From Vulcanimicrobiota bacterium (GTDB taxonomy: Bacteria; Vulcanimicrobiota; Vulcanimicrobiia; Vulcanimicrobiales; Vulcanimicrobiaceae), in NCBI GenBank assembly GCA_963695225.1, contig OY968762.1, positions 1,088,001-1,152,000 on the forward strand: DNA of 64,000 bases, given 5' to 3'. Below are positions 19,517 through 30,003 of the stretch, piece after piece (within the stretch, counting starts at the first letter, position 1; each line of letters opens with the position of its first letter). The notes beneath the pieces were generated by a model, which did not search any database, had not been told where the DNA came from, and saw nothing but the letters and a program-made list of their open reading frames with translations. The translations under genes and the position numbers were made by a program.

Positions 19517-21334
19517 ATGAGCAGCGTTACGGCATCGTCGGGATCGTTCTCGGTCAAAGCGTATGCAGGCGATTTCAAGACTCTGCTGGCCTTCGGCCTC
19601 GACGAGCGGAGCGCCGCCGGTCTTGCCGGATTCACCGTCCTCTGTAAACCCGGCGCCGGCCCCGCGTACTATCTGTTCAACGACCTCCAGTTCGAGACGC
19701 CGGCGAATCACGCGCAGGATCCGAGCGAGCCGCCGAACTCGTCGATCAACGCGCCGTACCAGAAGTTTCGTTGGCTGCATGTCCCGGGCTCCTCGCATCA
19801 AGGCCTCACGCCGTTTGCCGGACCGTACGCGTACACGGTGACGCCGCGCTACTTCGATGCGAAGGGATCGCTCGAGCCGCTCGACCCGAGCCTCTCCGCG
19901 ACGGTCAACCTGAACGTCGCGCCGTTTTCGAAGGGCGGGCTCGAGCTCGGTTTCACGCGCGGCTTCACGCAGTCGCAAGCGTTCGTGCATCATTTTGGGC
20001 TCCGGGCGCTCATCCGGCCGAATGACAAGACGCTGCTCTTCGATACGGGCGCGGAGTCAGGCAGCAACGACGCAGGCCAAAGCTTCACGTTCGCGGACGA
20101 ATACGCGTGGCTCGGCTTCACCGCGCGCACGAAGATCTTCGGCATCTTGGACGAGGTGCAGCGGGATCCGAGCCTCCGACTGGACGTCTTCGCTTACGAC
20201 CTGAACGAGCCGGACATCGTCAAGGCGTTCCTCGCGCTTGCCAAGGAGAACCGCATCCGGATCATCCTGGACAACGCGGCGCTCCATCACGACGCGAACG
20301 CCCCGACAGCCGAGGATGAATTCGAGCAAGCGTTCCGAGCGGCCGGGGGCGGCGCGAACGCTCCGATCCTCCGCGGAAAGTTCGGCCGATACTCGCACGA
20401 CAAAGTCCTCATCGTCTCTAAGGGCGGCAAGGCGCTCAAGGTCTTGACGGGCTCGACGAACTTCTCCGTCACGGGACTGTACGTCAACTCGAATCACGTC
20501 CTCATCTTCAACGACGAAACCGTCGCCGCGCAGTACGCGCTCCTCTTCGAAAGCGTCTGGAACGATAAGGTTTCGAAGACGGCTTTCGTCGGCTCCGAGC
20601 TCTCGGGGAAGCGCTATTCCATCGGCACCGCGAACGTTCCGAAGACGGAGATTACGTTTGCGCCGCACTCGCCCGGCATCGCCGAACTGATCTTGGACGC
20701 GGTAGCGGAGCGCATCAAGGCGGAGGGTTCCAAGGGAGGCGGCGGCAGCGTCCTGTTCGCGGTGATGGCGATCGACCAGGGCACGAGCCCGGTCTACACC
20801 GCGCTCAAGGCGCTGCATGCCGATCAATCCGTCTTCAGCTTCGGCATCTCGGATAATCCGGGCGGAATCTATCTCTACAAACCGGGCAACAAGACCGGTG
20901 TCCTCGTGACGGGGAAGCCGCTTGGCACGGTCCTGCCGCCGCCGTTCGATCAAGTGCCGAACGTCGGCGGGTTCGCACATCAAGTCCATCACAAGTTCGT
21001 CGTCTGCGGCTTCAACGGCACCGACCCCGTCGTGTACTGCGGTTCCTCGAATCTAGCGCTCGGCGGAGAGGAGAACAACGGCGACAATCTGCTCGCGATC
21101 CACGACGAAGACGTTGCCACGGCCTTCGCGATCGAAGCGCTCGGCCTCGTCGATCATTTCAATTTTCTGGACCGGTGCGCCAAAGGAAAGGGCGCGCCGC
21201 AATTACCGGTCGCGAATCAGCGCCAAGGCGCGCTCGACGCGCATTGGTATCTGACGCCGTCCGACAAGTGGGCCGCGTCGTACTTCGAAGGGAACGATCT
21301 GCACGATCTGGATCGGCAATTGTTCGCGGGATGA
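19517..21334 (+). CDS. Phospholipase D-like domain protein (two HxK motifs)
   Basis: SHDKVLIV...GSTNFS and VHHKFVVC...GSSNL. Confidence 0.85.
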   Translation: MSSVTASSGSFSVKAYAGDFKTLLAFGLDERSAAGLAGFTVLCKPGAGPAYYLFNDLQFETPANHAQDPSEPPNSSINAPYQKFRWLHVPGSSHQGLTPFAGPYAYTVTPRYFDAKGSLEPLDPSLSATVNLNVAPFSKGGLELGFTRGFTQSQAFVHHFGLRALIRPNDKTLLFDTGAESGSNDAGQSFTFADEYAWLGFTARTKIFGILDEVQRDPSLRLDVFAYDLNEPDIVKAFLALAKENRIRIILDNAALHHDANAPTAEDEFEQAFRAAGGGANAPILRGKFGRYSHDKVLIVSKGGKALKVLTGSTNFSVTGLYVNSNHVLIFNDETVAAQYALLFESVWNDKVSKTAFVGSELSGKRYSIGTANVPKTEITFAPHSPGIAELILDAVAERIKAEGSKGGGGSVLFAVMAIDQGTSPVYTALKALHADQSVFSFGISDNPGGIYLYKPGNKTGVLVTGKPLGTVLPPPFDQVPNVGGFAHQVHHKFVVCGFNGTDPVVYCGSSNLALGGEENNGDNLLAIHDEDVATAFAIEALGLVDHFNFLDRCAKGKGAPQLPVANQRQGALDAHWYLTPSDKWAASYFEGNDLHDLDRQLFAG

Positions 21335-21605
21335 GAAGGGCGTCAAGCGCCAGAGCCAGATGCTCCAAGAGAAACGAGTCGCCGGCTACCGCAACTCGTC
21401 AATAGGTCTTATGGATCAGTGATCCCCACGCTGCATGACGACGCGCCGAATCGCGCGGCCTCGCGCGAGGTTCCACTCGTGTCGCCGTCCAAGGTTACCA
21501 TCGGAAAATTAGAAGACCATTAGGAAACTCCAGGGCGGAATCGCGCGTGCCGTGATCGCGGCCGTTTGCAGTCGAGAGCTCACCTTCCGATGAGGTCACC
21601 GAAAA

Positions 21606-22415
21606 GTGAACTACCTGCAGGCGCTGCTGCTCGGAGCAGTTATTGCGCTCTCTGCATTCTCGCGTGCCGAGCCGGCCGCCGCATCCGAGTTTAGCCTTGC
21701 GTGCGGGAGCGGTTCGCTTCTGGCGCTCACGGACGGCGCCAGCGGAACACCCTCGGCCTGCACGGCGCGTCGAGGTGAATTCCTCGTCGAGAGCCTCTAC
21801 TTTCAGAACGCATCCGCCGTCGGCGGAACCGCGCTGGCCGCGTATCCGATGTTCCGCCTGCGCGCCGGTGTGTTGCCACGGCTCGAACTGCTGCTCGACA
21901 CGCCTTCCCAAGTCGCCGAATCCGGTCTCGGCGGCGTAGGGCTCTACCTCATGAGCAATCCGGGTTTCGGAGCGAAGTTTTCGGCCGTCGATTCCGGACG
22001 GCTCGCGATCAGCATCGGCGCCGAAGTGGAGCCCCCGGTCAACCAGTACTCGCCCCATCGCGAACTCCAACCGAAATACAGCCTGGACGCCACGTGGCTC
22101 TACCAGGTCACGCCGAGATTCGCGTTGACGGGGCTCGTCGGCGCTTCGACGTCGCGCAAAGTCGGGCTCGCGCATGTGTTTCCCGGCGCAACGGTCGGCG
22201 CCAAGATCCATGCCGATCATCTGACGGACGTCTCGTTCGACGTCGGCAGCCGCTTTATCGCGCGCCAAGCGCAAGCTCAGGCGTTCGGCGACGTCTCGGT
22301 CGAACGGTTGCTGAGCAGGCGCCTTTCGTTCGCCGTGGGCCTCGGCACATCGTTCAACCCCGTCGTCGAGACGAAGTCACATTACCTCGCCGCGGGATTC
22401 AACTACCGCCCGTAA
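21606..22415 (+). CDS. Exported beta-barrel-like protein
   Basis: Signal peptide, alternating hydrophobic beta-strands, aromatic C-terminus. Confidence 0.6.
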   Translation: MNYLQALLLGAVIALSAFSRAEPAAASEFSLACGSGSLLALTDGASGTPSACTARRGEFLVESLYFQNASAVGGTALAAYPMFRLRAGVLPRLELLLDTPSQVAESGLGGVGLYLMSNPGFGAKFSAVDSGRLAISIGAEVEPPVNQYSPHRELQPKYSLDATWLYQVTPRFALTGLVGASTSRKVGLAHVFPGATVGAKIHADHLTDVSFDVGSRFIARQAQAQAFGDVSVERLLSRRLSFAVGLGTSFNPVVETKSHYLAAGFNYRP

Positions 22416-22459
22416 TGCATCTGCGGCTACGGCCGGCAAAGCGGCATGCCGGCGCCCGC

Positions 22460-22825
22460 CTAACCCTGCGGACTCGCCGGCTGCCAAAGGCCGAGCGGCG
22501 CACCTACGGGATCGCTGACGATGCTGAGCTTACCCATCCCTACATCGGTGACGGGGACCATCACGCTCGCCCCGAGCGATTCGGCCTTCTTCGTGTGTGC
22601 TTCGATATCGTCGACGAGCACGTACGGAACCCATGAGGACGGCGCGCCGGGAATCATCTGCTTGAGGATACCGCCGGCGGTGCCTTCGCCGACGTCGATC
22701 ATCGTGTATGCCCCGATCGGCATCGTCTCGTCTTTGAGGCCCCAGCCGAAGAGCGAACCGTAGAATGTCTTGGCGGCACCGACGTTGGTTGCGTTCAGTT
22801 CGACGTGGACGAACGGATGAGCCAT
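22460..22825 (-). CDS. VOC/glyoxalase family protein
   Basis: FVHVEL..AKTFYGSLFGW, WVPYVLVDD and DPVGAPLGLWQ motifs. Confidence 0.9.
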   Translation of the reverse strand: MAHPFVHVELNATNVGAAKTFYGSLFGWGLKDETMPIGAYTMIDVGEGTAGGILKQMIPGAPSSWVPYVLVDDIEAHTKKAESLGASVMVPVTDVGMGKLSIVSDPVGAPLGLWQPASPQG

Positions 22826-23110
22826 TGAGCATCTCCTTGCATTTCGGAAGCGTCATCGCTCGAGTTGCGCGGCCTGCACCGAAGCTGCGCCATTCGCGTA
22901 CATGTTCGATCGCGTCCTGCAACCGTCCGCGCCGTTCGCGCGACATCGTACGTGGGGCGGTGCATCGAGCGCTGCGCTTCCGCTTGCTCGAACAGGCTCT
23001 CGGCACTATTCTCCAGCGCTAAAAGCAGTTGCCCCGCTCGATTATCTCAGGCTGGGCGGACGAGAAGCCCAAGTTTGCTACTTGGGGAGCGCGCCGCAGG
23101 AACCCGTTAC

Positions 23111-24337
23111 TCATACCGCCAGGCGTAGCGACTCTTCTCTCGTCGGCAGCAAGAATGCCAGCGCCGCGCAAATGACCAGCATTGCGGCTGAGCCCCACAG
23201 ACAGCCGCGCAGGCCTGCCATTTGCGTGAGGACGCCGGAGAGCAGGATGCCGACGAGGCGGCCGGCCGCATTCGAGGCGTAGTAGAAGCCGACATCCTCA
23301 GCGGCCTTCTCCGTTCCCGCATAGGCGAGGACGAGGTACGAGTGCAGCGACGAATTGACTGCGAACGCGAACCCGAAGACGGCCAAGCCGGCGAGTACGA
23401 CCAGATCGGCGCGCGGCACGATGGCGAAGGCGAGAAGAAAGGACAGCGCGATCGGGACGGCGGCGAGCGCCATCCCCCAGACCCTCGCTTCGGGCACTTC
23501 GCGCGAGAGCCCGTCCTGGCTGCGGCGAACGATCTGCGGCGCGACCGCCTGTACGCTGCCGTAACCGATCGTCCAGGCGGCGAGGAAGGTTGCCACGCCG
23601 ATGTAGTGCCAGCCTTGGCCGTAGAGAAAAACCGGCAGCCCGACGACAAACCAAACATCGCGCGAACCGAACATAAAGATGCGCGCGGCGGCAAGAATAT
23701 TGACGCCGCGGTTCTTGGCAAAGAGTTCTCGAAAGCTCTTCGACGCCTTGGCCCTGCCAAGCTCACGCGGCAGGCTCAACGCAACGCCCGCAAGGACGGC
23801 CGCCAGCATAGCGGCCATCATCCAGAGCGCGAGTCGGAAACCGGCGACCTGAAGGAGAAAACCGCCGACGAAGAAGCCGAGGCCCTTCATCGCGTTTTTC
23901 GAGCCCGTGAACCACGCGACCCAGCGAAACAACTGCCCTGCGCCCTGTTGGGAAATCGCTTTGATCGCCGACTTGGATGCGGTCTTCGTCAAGTCTTTCG
24001 CGACGCCGGCGACTCCCTGCGCCGCCACGACCCAGGCGACGGACGCCGCGGCTCCCCATCGCGGATCGAGCGCCGAGAGCATCAATAGGCCCGCGATCTG
24101 AAGCGACAACCCGGTCGCGAGCATCCGCGGGATACCGAACCGGGCGGCGAGCCAGCCGCCGCCGAGGTTCGCGAAGATCCCCGCCGCCTCGTAGAGCAGG
24201 AACAGGAACGATAGCATGAGCGGCGTGTAGCCGAGCTGGTAAAAATGCAGCAGCACCAGCATCCGCAGCGCGCCGTCGGTAAGGGTGAAGCCCCAGTAGG
24301 CGCCGGTGACGATGAGGTAGTTGCGGCCGGCGGACAC
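23111..24337 (-). CDS. arsJ: Organoarsenical efflux MFS transporter ArsJ
   Basis: NYLIVTGAYWGFTLTDGALRMLVLLHF, LFRWVAWFTGSKNAMKG and DVGFYYASNAAGRL; directly after GAPDH. Confidence 0.93.
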   Translation of the reverse strand: MSAGRNYLIVTGAYWGFTLTDGALRMLVLLHFYQLGYTPLMLSFLFLLYEAAGIFANLGGGWLAARFGIPRMLATGLSLQIAGLLMLSALDPRWGAAASVAWVVAAQGVAGVAKDLTKTASKSAIKAISQQGAGQLFRWVAWFTGSKNAMKGLGFFVGGFLLQVAGFRLALWMMAAMLAAVLAGVALSLPRELGRAKASKSFRELFAKNRGVNILAAARIFMFGSRDVWFVVGLPVFLYGQGWHYIGVATFLAAWTIGYGSVQAVAPQIVRRSQDGLSREVPEARVWGMALAAVPIALSFLLAFAIVPRADLVVLAGLAVFGFAFAVNSSLHSYLVLAYAGTEKAAEDVGFYYASNAAGRLVGILLSGVLTQMAGLRGCLWGSAAMLVICAALAFLLPTREESLRLAV

Positions 24338-25389
24338 TAGGCAGTCCGCTCGATGACGATGTTCGCTAGATCGACCATCCGGCATGCGTAGCCCATCTCG
24401 TTGTCATACCAGGCGTAGACCTTGAGCAGCGTCTCGTCGGTCACCATCGTGCTCGGGCCGTCGATGATGGAACTTCTCGTGTCGTTGACGAAGTCGGCCG
24501 ACACGAGTGGACGGTGCTCGAAACCAAGGATCCCCGCGAGCGGGCCGGCCGCGGCCGCAAGGAGCAGCTCGTTGACTTCGGTTTCGGTTGTGGCGCGCCG
24601 TAGTTCGAACACGCAATCGGTCAAGGAGGCGTTGAGCACCGGAGCACGCACGGCGTGTCCGTTCAGCCGGCCCTTGAGTTCGGGATAGATCAGCGAAATT
24701 GCAGTGGCGCTCCCGGTCGTCGTGGGCTGTAACGAGAGCATCGCGGAGCGCGCCCGGCGCAGATCCTTGTGGGGAGAATCCACGACGACGTTCGTGTTGG
24801 TCGGGTCGTGGATCGTTGTAATCTGACCGTGCCGAATGCCGATGGTTTCGTGGATCACCTTTACGACGGGAGCCAGGCAGTTCGTCGTGCATGAAGCGGC
24901 TGTCAGCAGCGCATGATAGGCAGGGTCGTAGAGGTGGTCGTTGACGCCCACGACGATGTTCAGCGCTGCGGCATCCTTGACCGGGGCGGCTACGATGACG
25001 GTGCGAACGCCGCGCTCGAAGTAGCCGCGGAGCTGGTCGGGTGTTAGGAACCTCCCCGTGCATTCCAAGACGATGTCGCAGCCAAGGTCACCCCATGGCA
25101 CGTCCGCGGGGTACGGAGCGGCGCTGAAACCGATCCGGCGGCTTCCGATCAGCAACGCGCTGTCGTCCTCGAAACCGAAAGATTCTCGCCACCGTCCGTG
25201 GATACTGTCGTACTCGAGGAGGTGCGCAGCTGTTCGGGCGCCACCCTTGAGTTCGTTGACGTGTGCGATATCGAGCCGGTTGCCGCGCCGTGGGTCGCGA
25301 TCCTCACGGAATACGCCGCCCATAGCCGCTCGCAGCGCGAGCCTTCCGATTCGACCGAGGCCATTGATACCGACGCGCGTCGTACTCAA
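24337..25389 (-). CDS. ArsJ-associated glyceraldehyde-3-phosphate dehydrogenase
   Basis: [21 protein letters not shown] and WYDNE; TTG start overlapping the arsM stop. Confidence 0.93.
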   Translation of the reverse strand: MSTTRVGINGLGRIGRLALRAAMGGVFREDRDPRRGNRLDIAHVNELKGGARTAAHLLEYDSIHGRWRESFGFEDDSALLIGSRRIGFSAAPYPADVPWGDLGCDIVLECTGRFLTPDQLRGYFERGVRTVIVAAPVKDAAALNIVVGVNDHLYDPAYHALLTAASCTTNCLAPVVKVIHETIGIRHGQITTIHDPTNTNVVVDSPHKDLRRARSAMLSLQPTTTGSATAISLIYPELKGRLNGHAVRAPVLNASLTDCVFELRRATTETEVNELLLAAAAGPLAGILGFEHRPLVSADFVNDTRSSIIDGPSTMVTDETLLKVYAWYDNEMGYACRMVDLANIVIERTA

Positions 25390-26240
25390 GGGCTGGGTCT
25401 TGTCGCGCGGATGAACGCGCTCATGAATTTGCCGTCGATCTGGTCGCGGAAGGCACCTACGTCGATTCCCTTTTCCTCGAGAAACGACTCGGCGTCCGCT
25501 GCCCGGTAGATGCGCGTTGGTTCGATCCCAATTCCCTCGAAGCCGGCCGCGGCGAGCTTCGCGCGATAGTCGCCTTCGTCCAACGCTCCCGCCAGACACC
25601 CGACCCATGCCAGGACGCTTTCCCGAATCCGCGCATCGATTTCGCCCCTTGTCACGACGTCGGAGACGGCGAATCGGCCGCCGGGTCGCAGCACGCGAAA
25701 CGCCTCTCGCAACACGCGATCTTTATCCGCGCTGAGGTTGATCACGCAGTTCGAGATGATCACGTCGACCGAGCCCTCAGGCAATGGGATCGCTTCGATC
25801 TCGCCTTTCAAGAACTCGACGTTCGCGACGCCCGCCCGTTGCTGGTTTTCGCGGGCCAGCGCGAGCATCTCATCCGTCATATCGAGACCGTACGCTTTGC
25901 CGCCCGGGGAGACGCGGCGCGCCGAAAGCAGGACGTCGATGCCGCCGCCGCTGCCGAGATCGAGGACCGTTTCACCAGGTCGCAATTCCGCGAGCGCGGT
26001 CGGGTTGCCGCACCCGAGCGAAGCAAGGAGTGCAGTCTCCGGCAACTCGTTCTTCTGCAGCTCGTCATACAGGTTCGACGTGATCGGGTTTCCGCTCGAG
26101 CAGCACTGCGAAGGGCTAGCGTCGCAACACGCGGTATCGGCGCCCGAGCTTACGCGCAGCGCGGCCTGCCCGTATTTCTCTTTGACTGCGTCTCTAACGC
26201 TAAAGGCGGCTTCTTGTACATCCACGAGGTCGACCTCCAA
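25386..26240 (-). CDS. arsM: Arsenite S-adenosylmethyltransferase
   Basis: [28 protein letters not shown] and WVGCLAGAL with conserved Cys. Confidence 0.92.
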   Translation of the reverse strand: MEVDLVDVQEAAFSVRDAVKEKYGQAALRVSSGADTACCDASPSQCCSSGNPITSNLYDELQKNELPETALLASLGCGNPTALAELRPGETVLDLGSGGGIDVLLSARRVSPGGKAYGLDMTDEMLALARENQQRAGVANVEFLKGEIEAIPLPEGSVDVIISNCVINLSADKDRVLREAFRVLRPGGRFAVSDVVTRGEIDARIRESVLAWVGCLAGALDEGDYRAKLAAAGFEGIGIEPTRIYRAADAESFLEEKGIDVGAFRDQIDGKFMSAFIRATRPSP

Positions 26241-26264
26241 AGCAACTATTGAGAAAGGGCATTG

Positions 26265-27218
26265 TTAACGGAGATTGCAGGCTCTAGCCTCAGGCAAGGA
26301 CGAGGAAGGCGGTGCGGATCGGCCTGCGCGCAAGTCGGCGGCGAGTGCCTCGGCCTTTGCCCGAACGAGGTTGCGAATCTCGCGCACGCGTTCAGGCGGC
26401 CCGCCTTTCGGATCGGGCAGCCCCCAGTCGTCGTCGATCCGGGGGACGCCTTCGACGTCGCAGCCCATCGTGATGATGCGCTCGGCCCGGGCAAGGAGTA
26501 TCGGATCGAGGAGCTTCGGACGAGCGCTTGAGATGTCGAGGCCGTCTTCGGCCATCGCGGCGACGACGCCGGGGTCGGGTCGATCGGCCTCGATCGTTCC
26601 GGCGGAAGCGACTTCAACCGTGTCTCCGGCGAACGCGCGGAGATACGCTTCGGCCATTTGGCTGCGCCCGGTATTATGGCGACAGACGAACAGGATCAAC
26701 GGCTTCAAGATCTTCTCCATCGCCATGACGTCGATGAAGTGCCCATCGAGGCGTCCTTGCTCGCGGAAGACGCCGACTTCGCGGAAGCCATGTTTGCGGT
26801 ACAGCCTCTGGCCGGGGGCATTGAACGGAAACGTGAACAACACGATCTTGTGGAAGCTATGCGCTCGCGCGATGGCCTCCAGCGCGCCGAGCAGCCCTGA
26901 TCCAATGCCGGTGCCGCGCTGCGCCCTGGCGACGTAGATCGAAAGGTCGGCGACGCCGTCATACGCGCAGCGGTGCGTGTAGCGGTTGAGCGCGGCCCAG
27001 CCGGCAATCGCACCGGCACGCTCGGCGACGAGGATCGCGTACCGTTCGCCGTGGTCGGCGAACCACGCTCGGATCTCTTTGCCCGACTTCGGCTCTTCAT
27101 CGAGCGTGGCGACGCGGTCTTCGATCCCCTCGTTGTAGATGCGCCGGATATCCTCCAGGTCGCCGGCGTCGGCATCGCGCACGACGAGATCTGCCGTTGC
27201 AACATTCACCTCGTTCAC
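26265..27218 (-). CDS. Fusion: ArsN-type GNAT N-acetyltransferase + LMW-PTP-type arsenate reductase ArsC
   Basis: IYNEGIEDRVAT..FHKIVLFTFPFN..DVMAMEK (GNAT) then LFVCRHNTGRSQMAE..TMGC..DWGLPDP (ArsC). Confidence 0.88.
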   Translation of the reverse strand: MNEVNVATADLVVRDADAGDLEDIRRIYNEGIEDRVATLDEEPKSGKEIRAWFADHGERYAILVAERAGAIAGWAALNRYTHRCAYDGVADLSIYVARAQRGTGIGSGLLGALEAIARAHSFHKIVLFTFPFNAPGQRLYRKHGFREVGVFREQGRLDGHFIDVMAMEKILKPLILFVCRHNTGRSQMAEAYLRAFAGDTVEVASAGTIEADRPDPGVVAAMAEDGLDISSARPKLLDPILLARAERIITMGCDVEGVPRIDDDWGLPDPKGGPPERVREIRNLVRAKAEALAADLRAGRSAPPSSSLPEARACNLR

Positions 27219-27290
27219 CTCTGCACTGATCGAGCGTTCGTCTTCGCATTGCGATTGGATTTCGCCGCAGTTCTGCGGTCCGCGTTCATG

Positions 27291-28334
27291 TCAAGCGGCC
27301 GCAAATGTGGCTCGGCGCGCGAAGGCGATCTGCACGAGCAGCAGCATGACGGGGACTTCGATGAGCGGACCGATCACGGCGGCGAACGCCTGCCCCGAAT
27401 CGATCCCGAACAGCGCGATGCAGACGGCGATCGCGAGTTCGAAGTTGTTGCTCGCCGCAGCGAGCGAGAGCGCCGTCGTTTGCCCGTAGGTACCGCCGGC
27501 GCGCTTCGCCATGGCGAACGAGATCGCGAACATCGCGAAGAAATAGATGGTCAACGGGATGGCGATGACCACTACGTCGAGCGGGTGGGCGAGGATCCGC
27601 GCCCCTTGTAGAGAGAACATCGCGACGATCGTCAGGAGCAGCGCGACGAGCGTGACGGGAGCGACGCGCGGAACAAAGCCCGAATCGTAGCGAACCGCCC
27701 CCATGCGCGGCCGCAGCACCGCCCGCGTGATGGCGCCAGCCGCGAAAGGCAGGCCCAGATAGATCGCGACGTTCTTCGCGACGTCCGCGAGCGCGAGATG
27801 GATCGTTAAGCCAGGCAAGCCGACGAGCGGAGGCAAGACCGTCACGAAGAGATAGGCATACGCGGCGTACCCAAGGATTTGGAAGATCGCGTTGAACGCC
27901 ACGAGCGCTGCAGTGTATTCGCGGTCGCCGGCCGCAAGCTCGTTCCAGACCACGACCATGGCGATGCAACGCGCGAGCCCGATCATGACGAGCCCCGCGA
28001 AATACGCCGGGTGCGCGTGCAAGAAGATCGCAGCGAGAACGAACATCAGGACCGGGCCGATGATCCAATTCTGCACGAGCGAGAGCCCGAAGAGCCGCAC
28101 GTCGCGGAAGACGGCGGGAAGCGCCTCGTACCGGACCCGCGTGAACGGCGGATACATCATCGCGATGAGGCCGATCGGAACGAGCACCGCCGGAACGCGT
28201 AGCCCCACTGCCCCGAGCCCCACGCCGAGCAGCATCGCGCCGACGATCCACAGCGTCAAATAGCGGTCGAGGAACGAGAGGTTGGAACTGGACGGGGCGA
28301 GTACGGCCTGCGCCTTCGCCACGGCGACGCTCAT
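27291..28334 (-). CDS. acr3: ACR3 family arsenite efflux transporter
   Basis: LSFLDRYLTLWI, MMYPP, GLARCIAMV, SNNFELAIAV and GPLIEVP. Confidence 0.95.
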   Translation of the reverse strand: MSVAVAKAQAVLAPSSSNLSFLDRYLTLWIVGAMLLGVGLGAVGLRVPAVLVPIGLIAMMYPPFTRVRYEALPAVFRDVRLFGLSLVQNWIIGPVLMFVLAAIFLHAHPAYFAGLVMIGLARCIAMVVVWNELAAGDREYTAALVAFNAIFQILGYAAYAYLFVTVLPPLVGLPGLTIHLALADVAKNVAIYLGLPFAAGAITRAVLRPRMGAVRYDSGFVPRVAPVTLVALLLTIVAMFSLQGARILAHPLDVVVIAIPLTIYFFAMFAISFAMAKRAGGTYGQTTALSLAAASNNFELAIAVCIALFGIDSGQAFAAVIGPLIEVPVMLLLVQIAFARRATFAAA

Positions 28335-28687
28335 CCGAGTGCCGCGCTCAGTGCCGGTTCGAGAAGAATGCCGTGCAGCGCGGCCTGCAGACGCTCGCGA
28401 GCGTCCGGGGCCAACGCGTAATGCACCCAGGTCCCGTGCCGTTCGGCCGTCACCAAGCCCGCGTCCTTGAGGACCTTCAGGTGGTGCGAGACGGCCGGCT
28501 GATTGAGCGGAAGGCTCGCGTTCAGGTCGCAGACGCAGACCCGGCGCCCAGCGCGCGCGAGCGTCGCGAGGATCGTCAGGCGGTGGCGGTCGCCGAGGGC
28601 CTTGAAGAGTTCCGCGTCCCGATCGAACCCGAGAGCCGGAGCCGCCGTCGCCGGAACGCATTCTGGACCGCATTCTTGTATCGACAC
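28331..28687 (-). CDS. arsR: ArsR/SmtB family repressor
   Basis: FKALGD..RL, VCVCDL, QPAVSHHLKVL. Confidence 0.9.
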   Translation of the reverse strand: MSIQECGPECVPATAAPALGFDRDAELFKALGDRHRLTILATLARAGRRVCVCDLNASLPLNQPAVSHHLKVLKDAGLVTAERHGTWVHYALAPDARERLQAALHGILLEPALSAALG

Positions 28688-28724
28688 ATGTCGATTCTAG
28701 GTTACTATATCGAGATATGTCAAT
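28680..28724 (-). promoter_or_regulatory. ars operon promoter with two ArsR operators; probably leaderless
   Basis: Minus strand TTGACA-18 nt-TAGAAT, GTG 6 nt downstream; palindromes ATCGACAtgTGTCGAT (28680-28695) and ATTGACATATCTCGAT (28709-28724). Confidence 0.75.
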
Positions 28725-28731
28725 ACATCGG

Positions 28732-29799
28732 TTAGCCGCCGATCTCCGAAAAAGCTCGCATACGGCTCGACGTTTCGCCGAGCTTGAGGTGATGGCGTTC
28801 CGGCTTGATCAGCATCCCACCACGGAAGAGATCGGCCAGATCCTTGCGGGAGGCCCCCGAGCGAACGGGCGCGCGCAGATCGATCCCGTAATCGCCGAAC
28901 AGACACAACCGTAGGCGCCCCTCGGCGGAGAGGCGCACGCGATTGCAGCGTTCGCAATAGTCGTGCGAGAGCGGGCTGATCACGCCGATCGCGCCAGGCG
29001 CACCGCGGTACGCCAAGTAGCGCGCAGGGCCATTGCCGGCCGGACCGTCGACCGGCGAGAGTTCACCGTCCAGCGCCAGGCGCTCGAGAATCTCATCCGC
29101 CGACACGTACGCATCGCGTTGGAGGTCGACGTTCTCCTCGACCGGCATCAATTCGATGAACCGCACGAAGACTTCTCGGGTGCGAGTGAGCGCAGCGAGT
29201 GCCGAGATCTCGTCGTCGTTCCGGCCCCGCATCACGACGCAGTTGATTTTCACCGGAGCGAGGCCCGTAGCGAGCGCCGCGTCGATCCCGGCGAGGACGC
29301 GCTCGAGGCCGCGGCGCCGCGCGATCGCAAAGAACCGATCCTCGCGCAACGTGTCGAGGGAGACGTTGACGCGCCGAAGCCCCGCTGACGCTAACGCTGC
29401 GGCGGACTCGGCCAAGAAGATGCCGTTTGTCGAAAGCGAGATATCGTCGATGCCCGGAACGGCGGCGATCATCCGCACGAGTTCCGGCAGATCCCGCCGA
29501 ACGAGCGGCTCGCCTCCCGTGAACCGGATGCTGCGCAACCCTACGGAGGCGCCTGCTTCGACGATCCGCAGGATCTCTTCGTACGAGAGGATTTCGGGCC
29601 TGCGGATCCACTGCAAGCCCTCCTCCGGCATGCAATAGACGCACCGCAGATTGCAGCGATCCGTCACCGAAATGCGCAGATAGGTGATCGGCCGCATGAA
29701 CGCATCGGTCAGCGAGGGACGCGCTCGGGCGCCGATCAGGTCGATGGCTTCGAAGGCCGTTATCGGCGGGATCGTGCGGACGTTCGAGCCGGCGGACAC
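28732..29799 (-). CDS. moaA: GTP 3',8-cyclase (molybdenum cofactor biosynthesis)
   Basis: YLRISVTDRCNLRCVYC, TGGEPL, CERCNRVRL..CLF and terminal IGG. Confidence 0.95.
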   Translation of the reverse strand: MSAGSNVRTIPPITAFEAIDLIGARARPSLTDAFMRPITYLRISVTDRCNLRCVYCMPEEGLQWIRRPEILSYEEILRIVEAGASVGLRSIRFTGGEPLVRRDLPELVRMIAAVPGIDDISLSTNGIFLAESAAALASAGLRRVNVSLDTLREDRFFAIARRRGLERVLAGIDAALATGLAPVKINCVVMRGRNDDEISALAALTRTREVFVRFIELMPVEENVDLQRDAYVSADEILERLALDGELSPVDGPAGNGPARYLAYRGAPGAIGVISPLSHDYCERCNRVRLSAEGRLRLCLFGDYGIDLRAPVRSGASRKDLADLFRGGMLIKPERHHLKLGETSSRMRAFSEIGG

Positions 29800-30003
29800 T
29801 AGAGTCGTATCAAGGCCGCTTTATGCATCGGGCGGCGATTTTCCAAGCGCCCGCTCAGGCCCTTTCGCTCAGCGACAAACGTCTGACTAGCGACGAAAGT
29901 CGCAGGGCATAGGGCGGATCCGTAGAAGAGCGCGGGCCATCACGTAAACCTTCGCTTATGCGTCTGTGCTGCGGGCAGGGCAGATAACGATGAAGAGGGG
30001 GCT

